A stretch of 53,241 bases of DNA from positions 1-53,241 of IMG/VR virus record IMGVR_UViG_3300007619_000003. The stretch is one strand, 5' to 3'. Shown here piece after piece: positions 1 to 8,697 of the stretch (position 1 is its first letter; each line of letters opens with the position of its first letter). The notes beneath the pieces are model-generated. The model searched no databases. It had not been told where the DNA came from and saw only the letters and a list, made by a program, of their open reading frames with translations. The position numbers and the translations under genes were made by a program. The stretch is from a virus (taxonomy: Duplodnaviria > Caudoviricetes).

Positions 1-2
1 CG

Positions 3-512
3 CTCGGTGGCGGCGGCGGGTCGGGGGGCAACCAGCCTTCGCTCTTCGGTGGCGGCGGTGGCGGGAGCGGATCGAAGGGCGGGGACTCCGTCCACGGCGG
101 GAGCGGTGGCGGCAGCGCGATCGCAGACAGCGACGGCGTCGCCGGCGGGGACTCCGTCCATGGAGCGACGGGCGGCGGCGGCGGCGGTGGAACCAACGCG
201 GGCAGGACGACCGCATACTCCGGTGCCGCCGGCGGCGGGCGTCTAAACCCGGACGCGGCAGGAGCGGCGGGCGGAGCTCCGGGAGCGGACGGCGCGACGG
301 CGACGATGACTCAGGGCGGCGGCGGCGGCGGCGGCGGCGACGCTGCGGTGGGTACCGCGCCGGTGACCGCGTCGGACGGCGGGAAGGGCGGACTCGGCGG
401 CGGAGCTGGCGGCGGCGGCGGCTCCGCCGGCTCGACCGACTCCGGCACGAACACGGGCGGAGACGGCGGGATGGGCGGGGACGCCCTTGGCATCATCGAA
501 GCCTACTTGTGA
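3..512 (+). CDS. Gly-rich tail fibre-like structural protein, C-terminal part (5' truncated by window edge)
   Basis: Frame 3 is open from base 3 (LGGGGSGGNQPSLFGGGGGSGSKGG...) to TGA at 512. Glycine-rich repeats end in GIIEAYL, and the gene precedes the lysis genes. Confidence 0.7.
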   Translation, partial: LGGGGGSGGNQPSLFGGGGGGSGSKGGDSVHGGSGGGSAIADSDGVAGGDSVHGATGGGGGGGTNAGRTTAYSGAAGGGRLNPDAAGAAGGAPGADGATATMTQGGGGGGGGDAAVGTAPVTASDGGKGGLGGGAGGGGGSAGSTDSGTNTGGDGGMGGDALGIIEAYL

Positions 513-581
513 TAGGCTACCGCCGGGCTCGAGGGGGGCGCGTCTGGCCTTAGGCGCGAACCCCCGAGACCACTATTCCCC

Positions 582-908
582 ATGGCTGACGGCATCTATC
601 CCGGTTGCGTCGACCCGGTCAAAAGCGTTCTGGCGATCACGTCGTCCGACGCCGCGTTCGATCTGTCGAACGTTACGGCAGGGCGCATCGTCGCCGTCTT
701 CGACAACGACGAAGAAGTCAGTTGGGCGGCGACGCTCAGCGACCAGACGTCGACGACGCTCACGCTGACCCGGCTTCACGCCGCGACGGACGTCCCCGAC
801 GGCGTCGAGGGGACCGCGTATCTCCGGGCTTCGCTCGATACTCCGGACAGTGCCGAGCCGCTCGAGACGACATCGCGCCCCGTCCCGGTCCTGAAGTTGG
901 GTAGCTGA
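582..908 (+). CDS. Hypothetical beta-rich tail-associated protein
   Basis: 108 aa, Thr/Val/Asp-rich, genome-typical codons, directly after the tail fibre gene. Confidence 0.6.
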   Translation: MADGIYPGCVDPVKSVLAITSSDAAFDLSNVTAGRIVAVFDNDEEVSWAATLSDQTSTTLTLTRLHAATDVPDGVEGTAYLRASLDTPDSAEPLETTSRPVPVLKLGS

Positions 909-1003
909 TGTCGGTGACGGTGCGAGTCATCACCGGAGTTCAGGTCTCCGTCAGCGTGATAACGGGCGTCGCGGTAGCCGTCAGCGTGCAGGGAGCTGGA
1001 TAG
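908..1003 (+). CDS. 31-aa Val-rich repeat micro-protein (MSVTVRVITGVQVSVSVITGVAVAVSVQGAG)
   Basis: TGATG stop/start overlap with the upstream gene; internal VxVxVITGV repeat; below the ORF track cutoff. Confidence 0.45.
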   Translation: MSVTVRVITGVQVSVSVITGVAVAVSVQGAG

Positions 1004-1004
1004 C

Positions 1005-1013
1005 TGATACGCT
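1005..1013 (+). promoter_or_regulatory. Extended -10 promoter (TGaTACGCT) 7 nt before the endolysin GTG
   Basis: Same geometry as the TACCCT/TACGCT elements before other genes; no Shine-Dalgarno. Confidence 0.4.
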
Positions 1014-1020
1014 TTGGGGC

Positions 1021-1419
1021 GTGATCTACCTCGACGTCTGCCACTACGGGCGTATCAGCGACCGGCGTCTGGACACGGCGCACCCCGACTTGCAGCGGCT
1101 CTTCCGCGAGGTCATCCGCCGCGTGTCGGAGGACCGCGACCTTTCCATCGCCTGCGGCTACCGGGGGGAAGAAGCGCAGATGGAAGCGCTCCAGGACGGC
1201 AAGTCGGACAAGCGCTGGCCGGAGTCCGACCACAACGTCAAGCCGTCGCGGGCGGTCGACGCTTGGCCGTACCCCGTCGCCTGGGACGCCGAGGGAGTCA
1301 AGCGCTTCCACTACCTGCGGGCCGTGGTCGAGCTCGTTGCGCGTGAACTCGGCATCGAGCTGAAGCCCATGATTTCCTGGGACCCGGGTCACTACGCATT
1401 GGCGGAGACGAATCGATGA
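1021..1419 (+). CDS. Endolysin, M15-family (L-Ala-D-Glu type) zinc peptidase
   Basis: HPDLQRL...CGYR...Q...SDHN...AVD...WDPGHY motifs of T5-like M15 endolysins. Confidence 0.88.
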   Translation: MIYLDVCHYGRISDRRLDTAHPDLQRLFREVIRRVSEDRDLSIACGYRGEEAQMEALQDGKSDKRWPESDHNVKPSRAVDAWPYPVAWDAEGVKRFHYLRAVVELVARELGIELKPMISWDPGHYALAETNR

Positions 1420-1757
1420 GCAATCTGTGGGACGCGGCGGGAGAGCTGCTTCGGAAACACGCGGTCGAGGCGGCGCTGAGCGTCATCGTAGCGGCGGGCG
1501 GAGCCCTCGCGGCTTGGTTCCGCAAGAAGACCCGGGAGTGGAACGCCGTCAAGGAGACCGTCCGCGCGGTCGAGAACGAGTCGACGGAGCCGGGCGGCTG
1601 GGTCCCGGGCCCGGAGCGGCGGAAGCGTGCGCTCTCCCGGCTCCGGACGACCAACCCGGGGATCGGCACCGTCCGGGCGAGCCAGCTCATCGAGCAGGTG
1701 CTTCCCGACGTCCGGGCGGAGTCGGACCGTCCGCCGCCGCTCCCGAAGGACCGGTGA
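1416..1757 (+). CDS. Putative holin (single TM segment plus charged C-terminal domain)
   Basis: ATGA overlap with the endolysin; hydrophobic AALSVIVAAGGALAAWF followed by basic residues. Confidence 0.6.
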   Translation: MSNLWDAAGELLRKHAVEAALSVIVAAGGALAAWFRKKTREWNAVKETVRAVENESTEPGGWVPGPERRKRALSRLRTTNPGIGTVRASQLIEQVLPDVRAESDRPPPLPKDR

Positions 1758-1908
1758 CGCGGAATTGCCGCCGTCGTCGGGCGGGCTCAGGCGGCGACGC
1801 TGCGATCCGGCCCGGTCCGGGCGGTTCGTCGCAGCCGGGGCAAACGGGCTTAGAACGCCGATTTGGCGGTCTGGGCCTCGGCGCCCCGGTCTGGTACGGC
1901 GGGCCGGT

Positions 1909-2913
1909 ATGAGCGCTCTCTTCCCCGGGCTACTCGCCGCGCTACTCGCCCTCGCTGCCCCGCCCGGGCCGGAGGGCCACGCGGAGCGCCGGAACCGGCT
2001 GCGAGACGTCGCCGCCGTCGCGGCGCGGGAAGTCGACCGGGCCGTGATGACGGGCGCTCTCCCCGGCGCGGAGCGCCGGCTCTGGGCTGCCGCGGTCGCC
2101 GCGACGCTCGCGCGGGAGAGCGGGAACGTCTCGCGGGCGGTCCACGCGGGGAGCCGGCTCGGCGACTCAGGGCGGTCAATCTGCCTCATGCAGATCAACC
2201 TGGGCAACCTGGCCGGCTATGCGCCGAGTCCTACGTGGAGAGACGGCCGAGTTCCCCCTTCGTCGCGTCGGCTTCTGTGGAAACGGCTCGCCGGTCTGGA
2301 CGTCGAGTCGACTCGGCTCTGTGTCCGCGGCGGCGTCACCTCGCTCGCGCGGATGCGCCGCTACTGCCGGCGACGGGTCCCGCGCCGGGAGCTACTCGGC
2401 GCGGCGCTCTCCGCGTACATGCACGGGTCTAGCTGCGCGGTGAGCGACGAAGGGCGGAGACGTCTCGCTCTCGCGCGGGCGCTACACCGGCGGTATCTAC
2501 GGCGGGAGCTCGCCGATGAGCGCGACGGCTTCGGCCGGGGTAAGCTCGCCAGCGAGATAGTGGCTAATCGAATTGGCGTCGAGCGTCGAGCCGTCGCTGA
2601 GGTTCCAGACGCCGTCGACGGGCGGCGGCCCGACGACGACCAGGGGCGCGCCGGCTACCGTCTGTACTCCGCCGGCGCCGTCGGGGACCTGCTGCCGCGC
2701 GTTGCCGATGACGGTGCCGATGTTGAGATCAGAGACCGGGCGATAGTCGAGCAGCAGGTCCGGGCCACCCGACTCCAAGTCGCGCACGCGCTTGACCTCT
2801 CGCCCTCCGACCGAGCCCAGATGCTCCGTCGAGTTCTTCACTCCCCGCCCCCTTCCCGTACGCCGCGGCTGCGGCAGTCCGTCGCGTCGTCTCATAACAA
2901 CGGTGCCTTGTAA
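1909..2913 (+). CDS. Exported lytic transglycosylase (SLT/lysozyme-like)
   Basis: Signal-like N-terminus MSALFPGLLAALLALAAP, catalytic-type ARES, GDSGRSICLMQIN and a later ALSAY motif. The C-terminal ~135 codons overlap an antisense gene. Confidence 0.6.
   Translation: MSALFPGLLAALLALAAPPGPEGHAERRNRLRDVAAVAAREVDRAVMTGALPGAERRLWAAAVAATLARESGNVSRAVHAGSRLGDSGRSICLMQINLGNLAGYAPSPTWRDGRVPPSSRRLLWKRLAGLDVESTRLCVRGGVTSLARMRRYCRRRVPRRELLGAALSAYMHGSSCAVSDEGRRRLALARALHRRYLRRELADERDGFGRGKLASEIVANRIGVERRAVAEVPDAVDGRRPDDDQGRAGYRLYSAGAVGDLLPRVADDGADVEIRDRAIVEQQVRATRLQVAHALDLSPSDRAQMLRRVLHSPPPSRTPRLRQSVASSHNNGAL
2497..2841 (-). CDS. Hypothetical protein (114 aa)
   Basis: GTG start after a G/A-rich stretch; protein-like composition (KNSTEHLGSV...ELTPAEAVALIGELPP); last gene of the minus-strand block. 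Confidence 0.5.
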   Translation of the reverse strand: MKNSTEHLGSVGGREVKRVRDLESGGPDLLLDYRPVSDLNIGTVIGNARQQVPDGAGGVQTVAGAPLVVVGPPPVDGVWNLSDGSTLDANSISHYLAGELTPAEAVALIGELPP

Positions 2914-3740
2914 GCGTGCATGCCCGCGAGGTTCGCAGCCCCGAGTTCCGCGAGCGAGCCGGGGAACAGCCACATAACCCCGAGGTCGACGTTGTCTGGC
3001 GTCACGCTCATCATATACTGGTTGGTGTTCGGATCGAAAAGGATGGGGTCAGGCGACGCCGTGAACGTCGCCGCGAGATCTACCTGATCGTAAAAAATGG
3101 ACTGGCGTTCGGTCGCGGTGGGGTTCGACTCGTCAAACTCGGCGATGAGGAAATGCCACAGGCTGTCCGTCATCAAAGTGCTCGCTGGACGGTGCCGCTG
3201 CTGATTCGTTCCGTCATCCGAGACGTAAAAATCGAGCAAGCCAGTGTTAGTCCAAACTAGCCGAGGACCCCGGTCTCCAGCGCCAGCGCTGTGCTGCAGC
3301 ATGATTCCCGTGCCGGTGGGTGCCCCATCGGGGAAGCGCATCCAGCCGCCCATCACGAACGAGCCGGTATTGCCCCACTGCAGCGCAGACGAGCGACAAG
3401 TCCCGCTCGAGTCGAACCGGTACTGCGTGTAGCCGTTGTTGGTGATCTCGGACGGCTGGTTCGCGAGCGTCGTCTCGACCTGATTATACGCCGTGTCGCC
3501 GCTGCCCTCGGGCCAGGTCCAGCCCGCATCGCCGAGGTCGACGCCATCTTCCGGATCCCACCACCGAAGACCCGCCACGGACTCCGGCCCCCAGCTCCCG
3601 CTCGCTCGGATGCCCCGGCGCTTGCGAGCAACGCGCCGGCGGTGCGCGCGTGAGCTCGCTCGCTGTTTCTCCGGCGTCCAGATGCGACCGCTGTCGCCTT
3701 CGAACGGGACCCAGACTTCGCTACTGGGCTGCGCGATCAC
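2892..3740 (-). CDS. LamG/concanavalin-A-like domain protein (putative receptor-binding or virion accessory protein)
   Basis: GSFVMGGWMRF...LLDFYVS...LWHFLIAEFD...SIFYD pattern typical of LamG jelly-rolls; region visibly lower in GC. Confidence 0.65.
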   Translation of the reverse strand: MIAQPSSEVWVPFEGDSGRIWTPEKQRASSRAHRRRVARKRRGIRASGSWGPESVAGLRWWDPEDGVDLGDAGWTWPEGSGDTAYNQVETTLANQPSEITNNGYTQYRFDSSGTCRSSALQWGNTGSFVMGGWMRFPDGAPTGTGIMLQHSAGAGDRGPRLVWTNTGLLDFYVSDDGTNQQRHRPASTLMTDSLWHFLIAEFDESNPTATERQSIFYDQVDLAATFTASPDPILFDPNTNQYMMSVTPDNVDLGVMWLFPGSLAELGAANLAGMHAYKAPLL

Positions 3741-4333
3741 CGTTCGAAGCCGTCGACCTCGAACACCAGGCGCCCGGTACCGCCGGCGCCCATCAGGATT
3801 TCGTTGCGCACGAGGATGCCGTCGTCGTCGCCGAGGACGCAGACGACGTGCGGGTCGTCTTCGCCGCCCTTCTGTTCATCGATGAACCCGCGCTGGACGA
3901 TGGCGCTCGCCGCGAGCTCGCTGAAGCTCCCGCGGGCGAGCAGGGCGCCGATGGTCTGCGTGCCTGCCGTCAGCGCACCGGTCGTCCCGATGCGCCCGGA
4001 GAGCCCGGTCGCGTCGAGCCCCGGCGCCCGCGGGACGACGACGCCCGCAGTGCCGCCCGTGTGCGCGGCCGAGTAGGACGAGAGGAGAAACGCCGCGACG
4101 CTCATCTCCTGAGCAACGGTGAAGCCCGCCACCGTCTGCCAGGTGAAGCGAAGCCGCGTCACGTGAAACGACTTGAGCGGCGACGGCGCGACGTAGCGCA
4201 CGGCCGCGAGATGCCCGGCACTAGCGGTCCCCGCCGCGACTGTCGTCAGCAGTCCACTCGCCATGGTGAGCGAGTAGAAGTGAGCGCGCGACAGGCGCGT
4301 CGGGTCCTTGGTGGTATTTGGCCGCGCGGTCAT
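3737..4333 (-). CDS. Putative virion structural protein, paralogue A
   Basis: 198 aa; shares FYSL, TASAGHL, HTGGT, ALTAGTQT, VRNxxLM and FExDG with the neighbouring gene. Confidence 0.7.
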   Translation of the reverse strand: MTARPNTTKDPTRLSRAHFYSLTMASGLLTTVAAGTASAGHLAAVRYVAPSPLKSFHVTRLRFTWQTVAGFTVAQEMSVAAFLLSSYSAAHTGGTAGVVVPRAPGLDATGLSGRIGTTGALTAGTQTIGALLARGSFSELAASAIVQRGFIDEQKGGEDDPHVVCVLGDDDGILVRNEILMGAGGTGRLVFEVDGFER

Positions 4334-4339
4334 CGGACC

Positions 4340-4972
4340 CTATGCGGTCGGGGTATCGCGGAGCCAGCCGTCGAGCTCGAAGATCAGATGCCCCGCGATC
4401 CCGTTCGCCATCAGGACCGAGTTCCGGACGACCACGCCCTCGTTCGTTCCGAGGATGAAGAGCGGGTGCTTATCCGGGCTCTTCCATTCGTAGCCAAAGC
4501 GAGTGTGCTTGACCGTCGCGGCGTCGGCGAGGGCGAAGTCGTCGATGAAGCCGAGAGCTTCGGCGAACGTCTGGGTGCCCGCGGTCAGGGCGTCGGTCCC
4601 GGCGACGCGCGCCGTGATCGCCGTGATCGCGGGATAGGTCGGGGCACTCGCGCCGGCTTCCGCCCGGCTGACGGGGACCTGGTTCGCCGCTCCGGTACCA
4701 CCGGTGTGTAGCGCTGAGAACGCCGTGACCTTGTGAGCCTGGAAGCCGACGGCCTGCTCCGACGACGGGTCGACCGTCGCGAGGAAGCGCATCGCCATCC
4801 GCATGACGTGAAGCTCGCCCTGGGCGCCGGTATTCCGCATGCCGATGAGATGGCCCGCGGAAGCCGTCGCCGCGGCGACCGCGGTGATGGCGCCGGTCCG
4901 GGCGCGGAGCGAGTAGAACGCCGCTCGCTTGAGCTTGCCGACGTCGTTGAGGCGGGTAAGCGGTAGGACCAT
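4340..4972 (-). CDS. Putative virion structural protein, paralogue B
   Basis: 210 aa; AAAGGAAG RBS; paralogous to 3737-4333. Confidence 0.7.
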   Translation of the reverse strand: MVLPLTRLNDVGKLKRAAFYSLRARTGAITAVAAATASAGHLIGMRNTGAQGELHVMRMAMRFLATVDPSSEQAVGFQAHKVTAFSALHTGGTGAANQVPVSRAEAGASAPTYPAITAITARVAGTDALTAGTQTFAEALGFIDDFALADAATVKHTRFGYEWKSPDKHPLFILGTNEGVVVRNSVLMANGIAGHLIFELDGWLRDTPTA

Positions 4973-5013
4973 GACCGGGCTTCCTTTCGTTTAGAGTCTC
5001 GGTGGACTCCTGA

Positions 5014-5042
5014 AAGGTACCGGCCACGGCGGTCAGCGTCGA
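5014..5042 (-). promoter_or_regulatory. Sigma70-like promoter TCGACG-N17-TACCTT for the minus-strand structural block
   Basis: 17-nt spacing; upstream of the RBS and ATG at 4972. Confidence 0.4.
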
Positions 5043-5452
5043 GCAACTCGCCGCTGGCGGTATCCTAGCGGCCTCTGCCTCTGCCGCGTCGGGTCGCAGA
5101 CGCCGGCTTCGGCGTCGAGCGCTTCGCTGTACGCTTCGGCCATCGTCAGCGCCGGGCGGTAACTGTACTGCGCATCGGAGAGAACGGCGGCGGCCGCGAA
5201 CGTGGCGACCGCGTCCTCGAAGCCCGCCCACTCGCCGGCCTGTCCGCGAAGGAAACGCTCCGCCCATCGCTCCGCGACGTCGAGCAGCTCTTCCTCGAGG
5301 TCGGAGACCGGCCGGAGCTCCTCACCCGATACGGGATGCATGTACCCGCGCGGCCCGTCGTCCCAGTCGACGTGCTGAAGGTAGTCACGCCGGAACGTCT
5401 TCGCGTTCGGGCGAATCGTCCCGCGCCGCCCGTCGTGGTGGATGACTCTCAC
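5033..5452 (-). CDS. Hypothetical protein
   Basis: 139 aa; 4-nt overlap with the upstream gene. Confidence 0.55.
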   Translation of the reverse strand: MRVIHHDGRRGTIRPNAKTFRRDYLQHVDWDDGPRGYMHPVSGEELRPVSDLEEELLDVAERWAERFLRGQAGEWAGFEDAVATFAAAAVLSDAQYSYRPALTMAEAYSEALDAEAGVCDPTRQRQRPLGYRQRRVARR

Positions 5453-5754
5453 GAATCCTCGCCGAGTAGCCGGGCGAGCTTCATCGCGAGCGGACGGCGA
5501 TACGAGAGCGGCGGCGCGTTGTCGCCCCGGCGCCAGCGACGGATGGTCGATGACCCGACGTTGAACAGCGTCGAGAGCCGGCTCGCCGTGAGACCGAGTT
5601 CCCGGCGTGACGCTTCGAATAGCTCACACCAGCGCGCCGGCTCTTCGACGGCGGGCGAGCAGAGCTTCCGGGCGAGCTTCGCCCGCCGCTCCCGGACGTC
5701 GCTCTCGAGCGCTTCGAGCGCGCCCGGGTCTTCCCGGTAGTCACGGAGCGTCAT
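5449..5754 (-). CDS. XRE-family helix-turn-helix protein
   Basis: RRELGLTASRLSTLFNVGSSTIRRWRRGDNAP. Confidence 0.75.
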   Translation of the reverse strand: MTLRDYREDPGALEALESDVRERRAKLARKLCSPAVEEPARWCELFEASRRELGLTASRLSTLFNVGSSTIRRWRRGDNAPPLSYRRPLAMKLARLLGEDS

Positions 5755-6011
5755 CGCGGAAACTTCACGTAGGTGTTGGCCTCGGTCAGTCGCACGAGCT
5801 CGTCCCTGAGCCGGTCCCGGTCGGCGAGTAGCTCGCGGGCGAGACGCTCGAGCATCTGCTCGCGGGTCAGGCCGTTGCGGAGCGCGAGGTTGACGACGCT
5901 ATGGACCGTCGGGTCCCTCACGAACTCCCGCTCGAAGCCGCCGACTAAGCTCCGCTCGCTATCCTCGCGGGCGACCTGCGTCGCCGTCTTGCCTTCGCCG
6001 GTCACGGTCAT
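5751..6011 (-). CDS. Hypothetical protein with coiled-coil C-terminus
   Basis: MTVTGEGK... start; 4-nt overlaps at both ends. Confidence 0.55.
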   Translation of the reverse strand: MTVTGEGKTATQVAREDSERSLVGGFEREFVRDPTVHSVVNLALRNGLTREQMLERLARELLADRDRLRDELVRLTEANTYVKFPR

Positions 6012-6235
6012 TCGCCGGTCCCCCTGTTGGCCGCCGCCCGGAGCCGTGATGCGTTCGCCGCGCTCGTCGCCATCGCTTCTGCCATCACTCGTCGCCCGCC
6101 TTCGATCTTGTCGACGTGCTCGACGACGCGAACGCCGCGGCAGTAGTGCTGAAGCCCGCCGCTGGGCATCGCCGGGCAGGGCGAAGTGTAGGTGCCCCAT
6201 GTCCCGCCGCAGACCGAACAACGCGGACGGCTCAC
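6008..6235 (-). CDS. Small Cys-containing hypothetical protein
   Basis: GTGA overlap with the sbcC stop; CSVC...C...HYC. Confidence 0.45.
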   Translation of the reverse strand: MSRPRCSVCGGTWGTYTSPCPAMPSGGLQHYCRGVRVVEHVDKIEGGRRVMAEAMATSAANASRLRAAANRGTGE

Positions 6236-8568
6236 AGGTCCACCCGCGAGTCCGCGAGCTCGGCGAGCTCTGCCGAGTGCGAGACGAAGAGAAGCTTGTC
6301 GGCGCCCATCATCGAGCAAGCCTGGCGGAGCATCGCGATCCAAGCCTGGCCGTTCTCCGGGTCGAGCGCGGCGCCGGCTTCGTCGCGGATGAGCGTCGGG
6401 CGGACGACGCCGAGCTCCCGGGACGCGAGCGTGGTCAGCGCGAGCGAAACGCCCTCGGCGATGATGGCCCGCTCGCCGCCGGAGAACGTCTCCGCCTTCG
6501 ACTCGCGGCCGGACTCGGAGTCGATGACGATGACGTCGAGCGTCTCGAGCGTCTTCTTACCGCGGGAGTCGAGCGACTGGCTCCGGACGTCGACCGTGAA
6601 CCGTGGACCGAAGCTCGAGTGCAGGAGCGAGTTCGTCATTGCGACGAGCTCGGGGAGCGCGGCGTCGATGACCGTGGCCTGCAGGCCGTCCTTGCCGAGA
6701 TCCGCGGCGAGCTTCTTCCAGTCCGCGAGTTCCACGCCGGCGACGGCCGCCTCCCGCTCGAGCTCGGCGAGCTTCTCCGCGCTCTTCTTCGCAGCTTCGA
6801 GTTCGCCCTGGGCGGCGCCGAGTTCCAGCGTCGCCGTCTCGTCCGCCTTCTCCGCGGCGCGGAGAGCCTCGTCGCTGGGGTCGATGCCGGTCACGGGCTC
6901 CGGGATGACGACGGCTCCGGCCGCGCGCTCGAGATCGTCGCGCGTCTCGGTCGCCGCTTCGAGCTGGGGGCCGAGTTCTTCGAGGCGGGCTTCCGCCGCG
7001 GCGAGCGGCTTCGCCAGGCGAGCGGTCTTCTCGAGCTTCGGGAGCCCGGCCTGTAGAGATGTCCGCTCGGCCGTCATCTCAGCGACGCGGTCGTCGAGCT
7101 CTTTCCGCTCCGCCGCGAGCCGGGTCTCCTCGGCGACGAGCTCGGCGAGCCGCGCTTCGCTCTTCCGCTTGTCCTCGGCGTAGCCGGCGAGAGCGTCGGC
7201 GCCGGCGGCGAATCGCTCCGTCTTCCGGAGCTCGTCCTCGAGCGCGCAGCGCTTCCGGTCGACGGCGTTCCGGTCCGCTTCGAGCCGAGCGACTTCATCC
7301 GGGGCGGCGACGGCTTCGTCGTCGCGGGAGAGCGTTGAGCCCGCGGTCTCCCGGGCGGCTTCGATCGACGAGTGCGAGTCCCGGATGGCGGCGAGCCCTT
7401 GCCGGAGCCCGGCGATCCGATCGCCGCTCGAGCGTTCCCGGGCCGCGTTGACTTCCTTCGTCAGCGTCCGGAAGTTGTCGGTCTCCGCGAGCACTCGCTC
7501 CTGGAGCCCGGGGAGTTCGTCGACGGCGGCGCGAACGGCGGCCTCGTTCGAGAGCGCCGCGTCGCAGCGCTGGACGCGGTCCTCGAGCTCCGCCCGTTGA
7601 CGTTCGACGTCGGCTCGTCTCGCGGAGATCCCCCGGAACTGCTGGAGAAGCCCGGTGGTCGAGAGTTCCGCGATGCGCGCGCTCGTCCTCTCGAGCTCGG
7701 TCTCCGCCGCCCGGATCTCGTCGGCCCGCCCGAGTATCGCCCGGTTGTTCGCGACCCGTTGGTCGAGCGCGGTGACGGCTTCGGTCGCCTTCCGTATTTG
7801 CTCCTGCAGCTCGTCGCGGCGCTGAAGCGCGGCGGTTCGCTCGGCGGCGAGCTTGTCCGCCTGGGCGGCGAGCGCCACCATCTGCGCGTGCTTCGCCCGC
7901 TCGTCCGCTACCCGCTCCGCCGCGACGTCCGCCGCCGCCATCTTCAGCTCGACCCGGGTCTCCGCGTCCGCGACGCTGACCGCCCGGTCGCGCTCGCTCT
8001 TGACCCGGTCCGCCGCGACGGTGAAGTCCCCGCTCGCGGAGCTCGCCCGCTTCCGCGCCTCGGCGGCGAGCGCCTCGAGCCGCTCGACGCCGAGCATTCG
8101 GAGCAGGAGCGTCTTCCGGTCCGCCGGGTCCGCGTCGATGAAGCCCTCGCTCTGCTGAGCCGCGATGGTCGTCACGAGCAGAACGTCGAACGGGGGGAAG
8201 TGCTCGGCGACGTACCGGTCGACCGCGGACCGCTTCGTCGACTCGACGAGCGGGCTCCCGTCGCCGTTGGTCAGGAGGGCGTCACCCTTCCGCCCGACGG
8301 AGTCGACGAGCTGCTTGATCCGGTAGCGCTGCCCGTCGTGTTCGAACGTCAACTCGACGAACGCGTCCCGCGCCGTCGCGAGATCGACGAGCGTCCCGCG
8401 GGTCGGCGTCGTCCGGAAGATCGCTCCGGGCATGGTCTCGAGCAGCGTCGACTTCCCGGAGCCGTTCGCCCCGCAGACGGCGACGAGCGGGCCGTGGAGT
8501 TCTTCGAGGTCAACGGCGAAGTCTTCGAACGGGCCGAGTCGATGGATGTGGTGCTTCAGATATCTCAT
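6232..8568 (-). CDS. sbcC: SbcC/Rad50-like SMC ATPase
   Basis: Walker A GANGSGKS, Q-loop AAQQ, long coiled coil, signature FSGGE, Walker B LIRDE, H-loop FVSH. Confidence 0.92.
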   Translation of the reverse strand: MRYLKHHIHRLGPFEDFAVDLEELHGPLVAVCGANGSGKSTLLETMPGAIFRTTPTRGTLVDLATARDAFVELTFEHDGQRYRIKQLVDSVGRKGDALLTNGDGSPLVESTKRSAVDRYVAEHFPPFDVLLVTTIAAQQSEGFIDADPADRKTLLLRMLGVERLEALAAEARKRASSASGDFTVAADRVKSERDRAVSVADAETRVELKMAAADVAAERVADERAKHAQMVALAAQADKLAAERTAALQRRDELQEQIRKATEAVTALDQRVANNRAILGRADEIRAAETELERTSARIAELSTTGLLQQFRGISARRADVERQRAELEDRVQRCDAALSNEAAVRAAVDELPGLQERVLAETDNFRTLTKEVNAARERSSGDRIAGLRQGLAAIRDSHSSIEAARETAGSTLSRDDEAVAAPDEVARLEADRNAVDRKRCALEDELRKTERFAAGADALAGYAEDKRKSEARLAELVAEETRLAAERKELDDRVAEMTAERTSLQAGLPKLEKTARLAKPLAAAEARLEELGPQLEAATETRDDLERAAGAVVIPEPVTGIDPSDEALRAAEKADETATLELGAAQGELEAAKKSAEKLAELEREAAVAGVELADWKKLAADLGKDGLQATVIDAALPELVAMTNSLLHSSFGPRFTVDVRSQSLDSRGKKTLETLDVIVIDSESGRESKAETFSGGERAIIAEGVSLALTTLASRELGVVRPTLIRDEAGAALDPENGQAWIAMLRQACSMMGADKLLFVSHSAELAELADSRVDL

Positions 8569-8697
8569 GAGGGGACCTTCCTCTTCTGGGGGGAGGGGGC
8601 GAGGGGGGCCGACGGTAGAGTGGCGACGGCGACGGGTCCAGTCACCGGCGGCGGACCGTGATGACGCGTAGCGCGCCCGCGATCTTCTCGGCGTCGC

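Noticed and set aside
1-512. PE-PGRS-like or simple GGC repeat
   Set aside because: Explained by a Gly-rich phage tail protein reading frame
2497-4972. Invertible tail-fibre cassette (Mu G-segment type) or diversity-generating retroelement
   Set aside because: No invertase, flanking inverted repeats, reverse transcriptase or template/variable repeat pair was found by eye
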